Positions 62,001 to 64,000 of a stretch of 64,000 bases of DNA are shown here, one piece after another. Under the pieces are notes generated by a model. That model saw nothing but the letters and a program-made list of their open reading frames with translations, was not told the origin of the DNA and made no database searches. The DNA is taken from contig NW_027117347.1 in NCBI RefSeq assembly GCF_038025025.1, forward strand, positions 1,240,001 to 1,304,000. Direction: 5' to 3'. Position numbers and translations under genes: made by a program. This DNA is from Phyllosticta citribraziliensis (Eukaryota). Every line of letters starts with the position of its first letter. The stretch's first letter is position 1.

Positions 62001-64000
62001 AAAGAATCTCAGATTCTTGTCCATCGTGCTTGGCCTTGTAGATACGCTGCAGGATTTCAAGGCCCGCTGTGCGGAGGTGATGAGATGGTGATCCGAGACT
62101 TTCGATGACGGAATTCGTGAGCGTGTCCAGGTCGTCCCCGTCAACATTGAAGCTTTTCTCATTGGACCTGAGGTACTTGAGAGCGGAATCAGCAAAGATT
62201 GGGTAGTGCATCAAGACATTTGACGACCGAGCCAGAGCCCCCCAGAGCTCGTTGCTCTGTTGCTCTTGGCCTTGGTGTTCTGCGACATATTTGAACCCTG
62301 CACCCACGCCAAAAAGCTGTTGGGCAGGCAGCTTGGGAGAAATTTGTCCCAGAGATGCCAGGAGCAACTGGTAAAGCTCATCGTATACGGCCCTTTCCGT
62401 CTTTTCCTCTACTGACGTGGTCCGTATGACGTCCAAGAGTCCATTTGGCCGAGCCGCATCTTGTTCTAATGGTTCTTGCGATGTTTGAGAGAGATTCCTG
62501 AAGGAGGCGATTATGCTTTCTTGCCATGCTGTAGGGCACGCGAGGGAGGAATTATAAAAGCAGCCTCGACCAGCGAGGCGAGGAATCAGTACGGCCAGTT
62601 GGTCACCACACTCATTCCATCTCGAAAGGATAAACCTGCGTGATGTCAGCTACGGCCATAGATCTTAGCAAATGTAATTTACCTTTTGAAATGGGGCAAC
62701 AATAAACTTTGGAACCTTTCTGTCCCCAAATCGGCAAAGAAATTGCAAAACACAAGGAAATACTCCTGCCACGGTCCACTGGTGATTTTGTCGAGGATGC
62801 GTAAGTGCGGGATTGCCACGTCCATGGGAGAACATTGCAGGATAACTGCCAGAGCAATCAAGGCCTCAGACGCTAGCCCGGACCCTTGTGACAAGACTTG
62901 TGACTCGACACGAGCAATGATTTGCGCCATGGCCTTCAAGACCGCGTCCCAGTCTTGGATCCGGGTTCCTTTTCTCACACCGACCACAATGAGGAGGATA
63001 CGAGCGGCGTTTTGCAATCCCGTGTGGCCTAGTTCTGGGGTGGATTGTTGTATGGTCTCGAGAATAACCTCCAGGATAGGACTGAACGTATGAGAATTGG
63101 TGTGGTGAATGACTGCTGTCAAAACTCCTTGCAAAACGTCCATGGCAGGGCTGTCGTCGGGAACCAAAGAATCACTCTTAGCGTTTTCGGGGGCGATCGC
63201 TTGGGACATCAACTCTTTGACAACGGCTGGACCGCTGGAATGCAAGCCATTTTGTACACCCTTTATGGACTCGACGAAGAGGGACATGAGACCCTTCTGG
63301 TACTGGTAGGTATCCTCACGTTGTGCCACCTCTTCAAGATCTCGGATTGCATGGGTGACAAATATCCTCAATGGTTCGATATCCCTATGATACGAGGCAC
63401 CCGCCTTCCTGACTAGAAAGCTCATTGACTCGGCGGCGAATCTTGTGACGAAATGCTTCTGGTGTTTTTTGCCCAGCATGGGCGCCATGAGGTCGTATAG
63501 CGGCCGCAGGTCTGACACGAGAAGCCGAGAAAGGTATTTGAACAGCCATGCCATGCACGTAAAGCTCCATTCAATGGCCTCGATCGCCTGGTGCTTCGAC
63601 GCGATGCGACACAACAGCTGGACTGCCTTTCCAAAGTGCCTCTCGAATCTGGCTCCCAAGTCGTGTGCGAAATGCGAAACCAGACTCAGCAGCGGCTCCA
63701 GAGACAGCTCATCCTCCTTCTCGATGTATGCGAAGAGCAGGTCCATTATGCGGTCCTCATGGTGGAGGATTTGCGGCAAGCTCTCGCAGAATGGAGAGAG
63801 CTCGCGAGAGAAGTTTTGGAAGGATTGCGAGAGGTTGAGGTCCTTCCATTCTTCGAACGAGTTTTTCAAGTAGGAGGTCGAGGCGGAGAGGTCTTCCTCG
63901 TCGAAATGGCGGCGGGTCGTTCTTCGGACGGGATCGATGGAGAGTTTCGCGATGCGTTGGGAGAAGGATTCGTAGTAGTGCTGGCGCGAGGATTCGGTGC
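56005..64000 (-). CDS. UTP20: U3 snoRNP / SSU processome HEAT-repeat protein Utp20; 5' end just beyond the window
   Basis: >2500-aa helical-repeat ORF with a 47-nt intron at 62636-62682. N-terminal YESFSQRIAKLSIDP..EEWKDLNLS, LPQILHH and FAHDLG; FFSNILHIQQHRRLRAL, LQRGYQLHVLSFT and KMKEVKSSKSFDS. Confidence 0.95.

Noticed and set aside
1..64000. tRNA, 5S rRNA, transposase/reverse transcriptase or secondary-metabolite cluster
   Set aside because: No T-loop/cloverleaf, rRNA, DDE/RT or PKS/NRPS signatures were recognised by eye.

Overview
Gene-dense, GC-rich window from a filamentous ascomycete genome. It has spliceosomal GT-AG introns with CTRAC/GCTAAY branch sites, and the overall style suggests a Dothideomycete (inference). 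About 20 protein-coding genes are visible. Most are conserved: a Upc2-like Zn2Cys6 TF (5'-truncated), an EEP phosphodiesterase, Cdb4/Ebp1, a double-PHD Rco1-like protein, a Hep_59/C9orf78-like protein, DPH5, SPT3, an APC permease, OST3/6, a GH128 glucanase, MPE1, SEC24, a Usv1-like C2H2 TF and UTP20 (5' end outside the window). Less ordinary elements: (1) a tandem pair, possibly a trio, of Thr-rich single-pass membrane proteins sharing a 5-codon first exon and two conserved cytoplasmic motifs; (2) a long, multi-stem structured final intron in the Cdb4/Ebp1 gene; (3) a two-exon, 10-Cys small secreted effector candidate in an apparent accessory interval; (4) an intergenic triplicated 60-bp module with codon-like divergence. 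No tRNA, rRNA, CRISPR array or intact transposon was recognised. Gene identities come from motif recognition only; no database searches were run.
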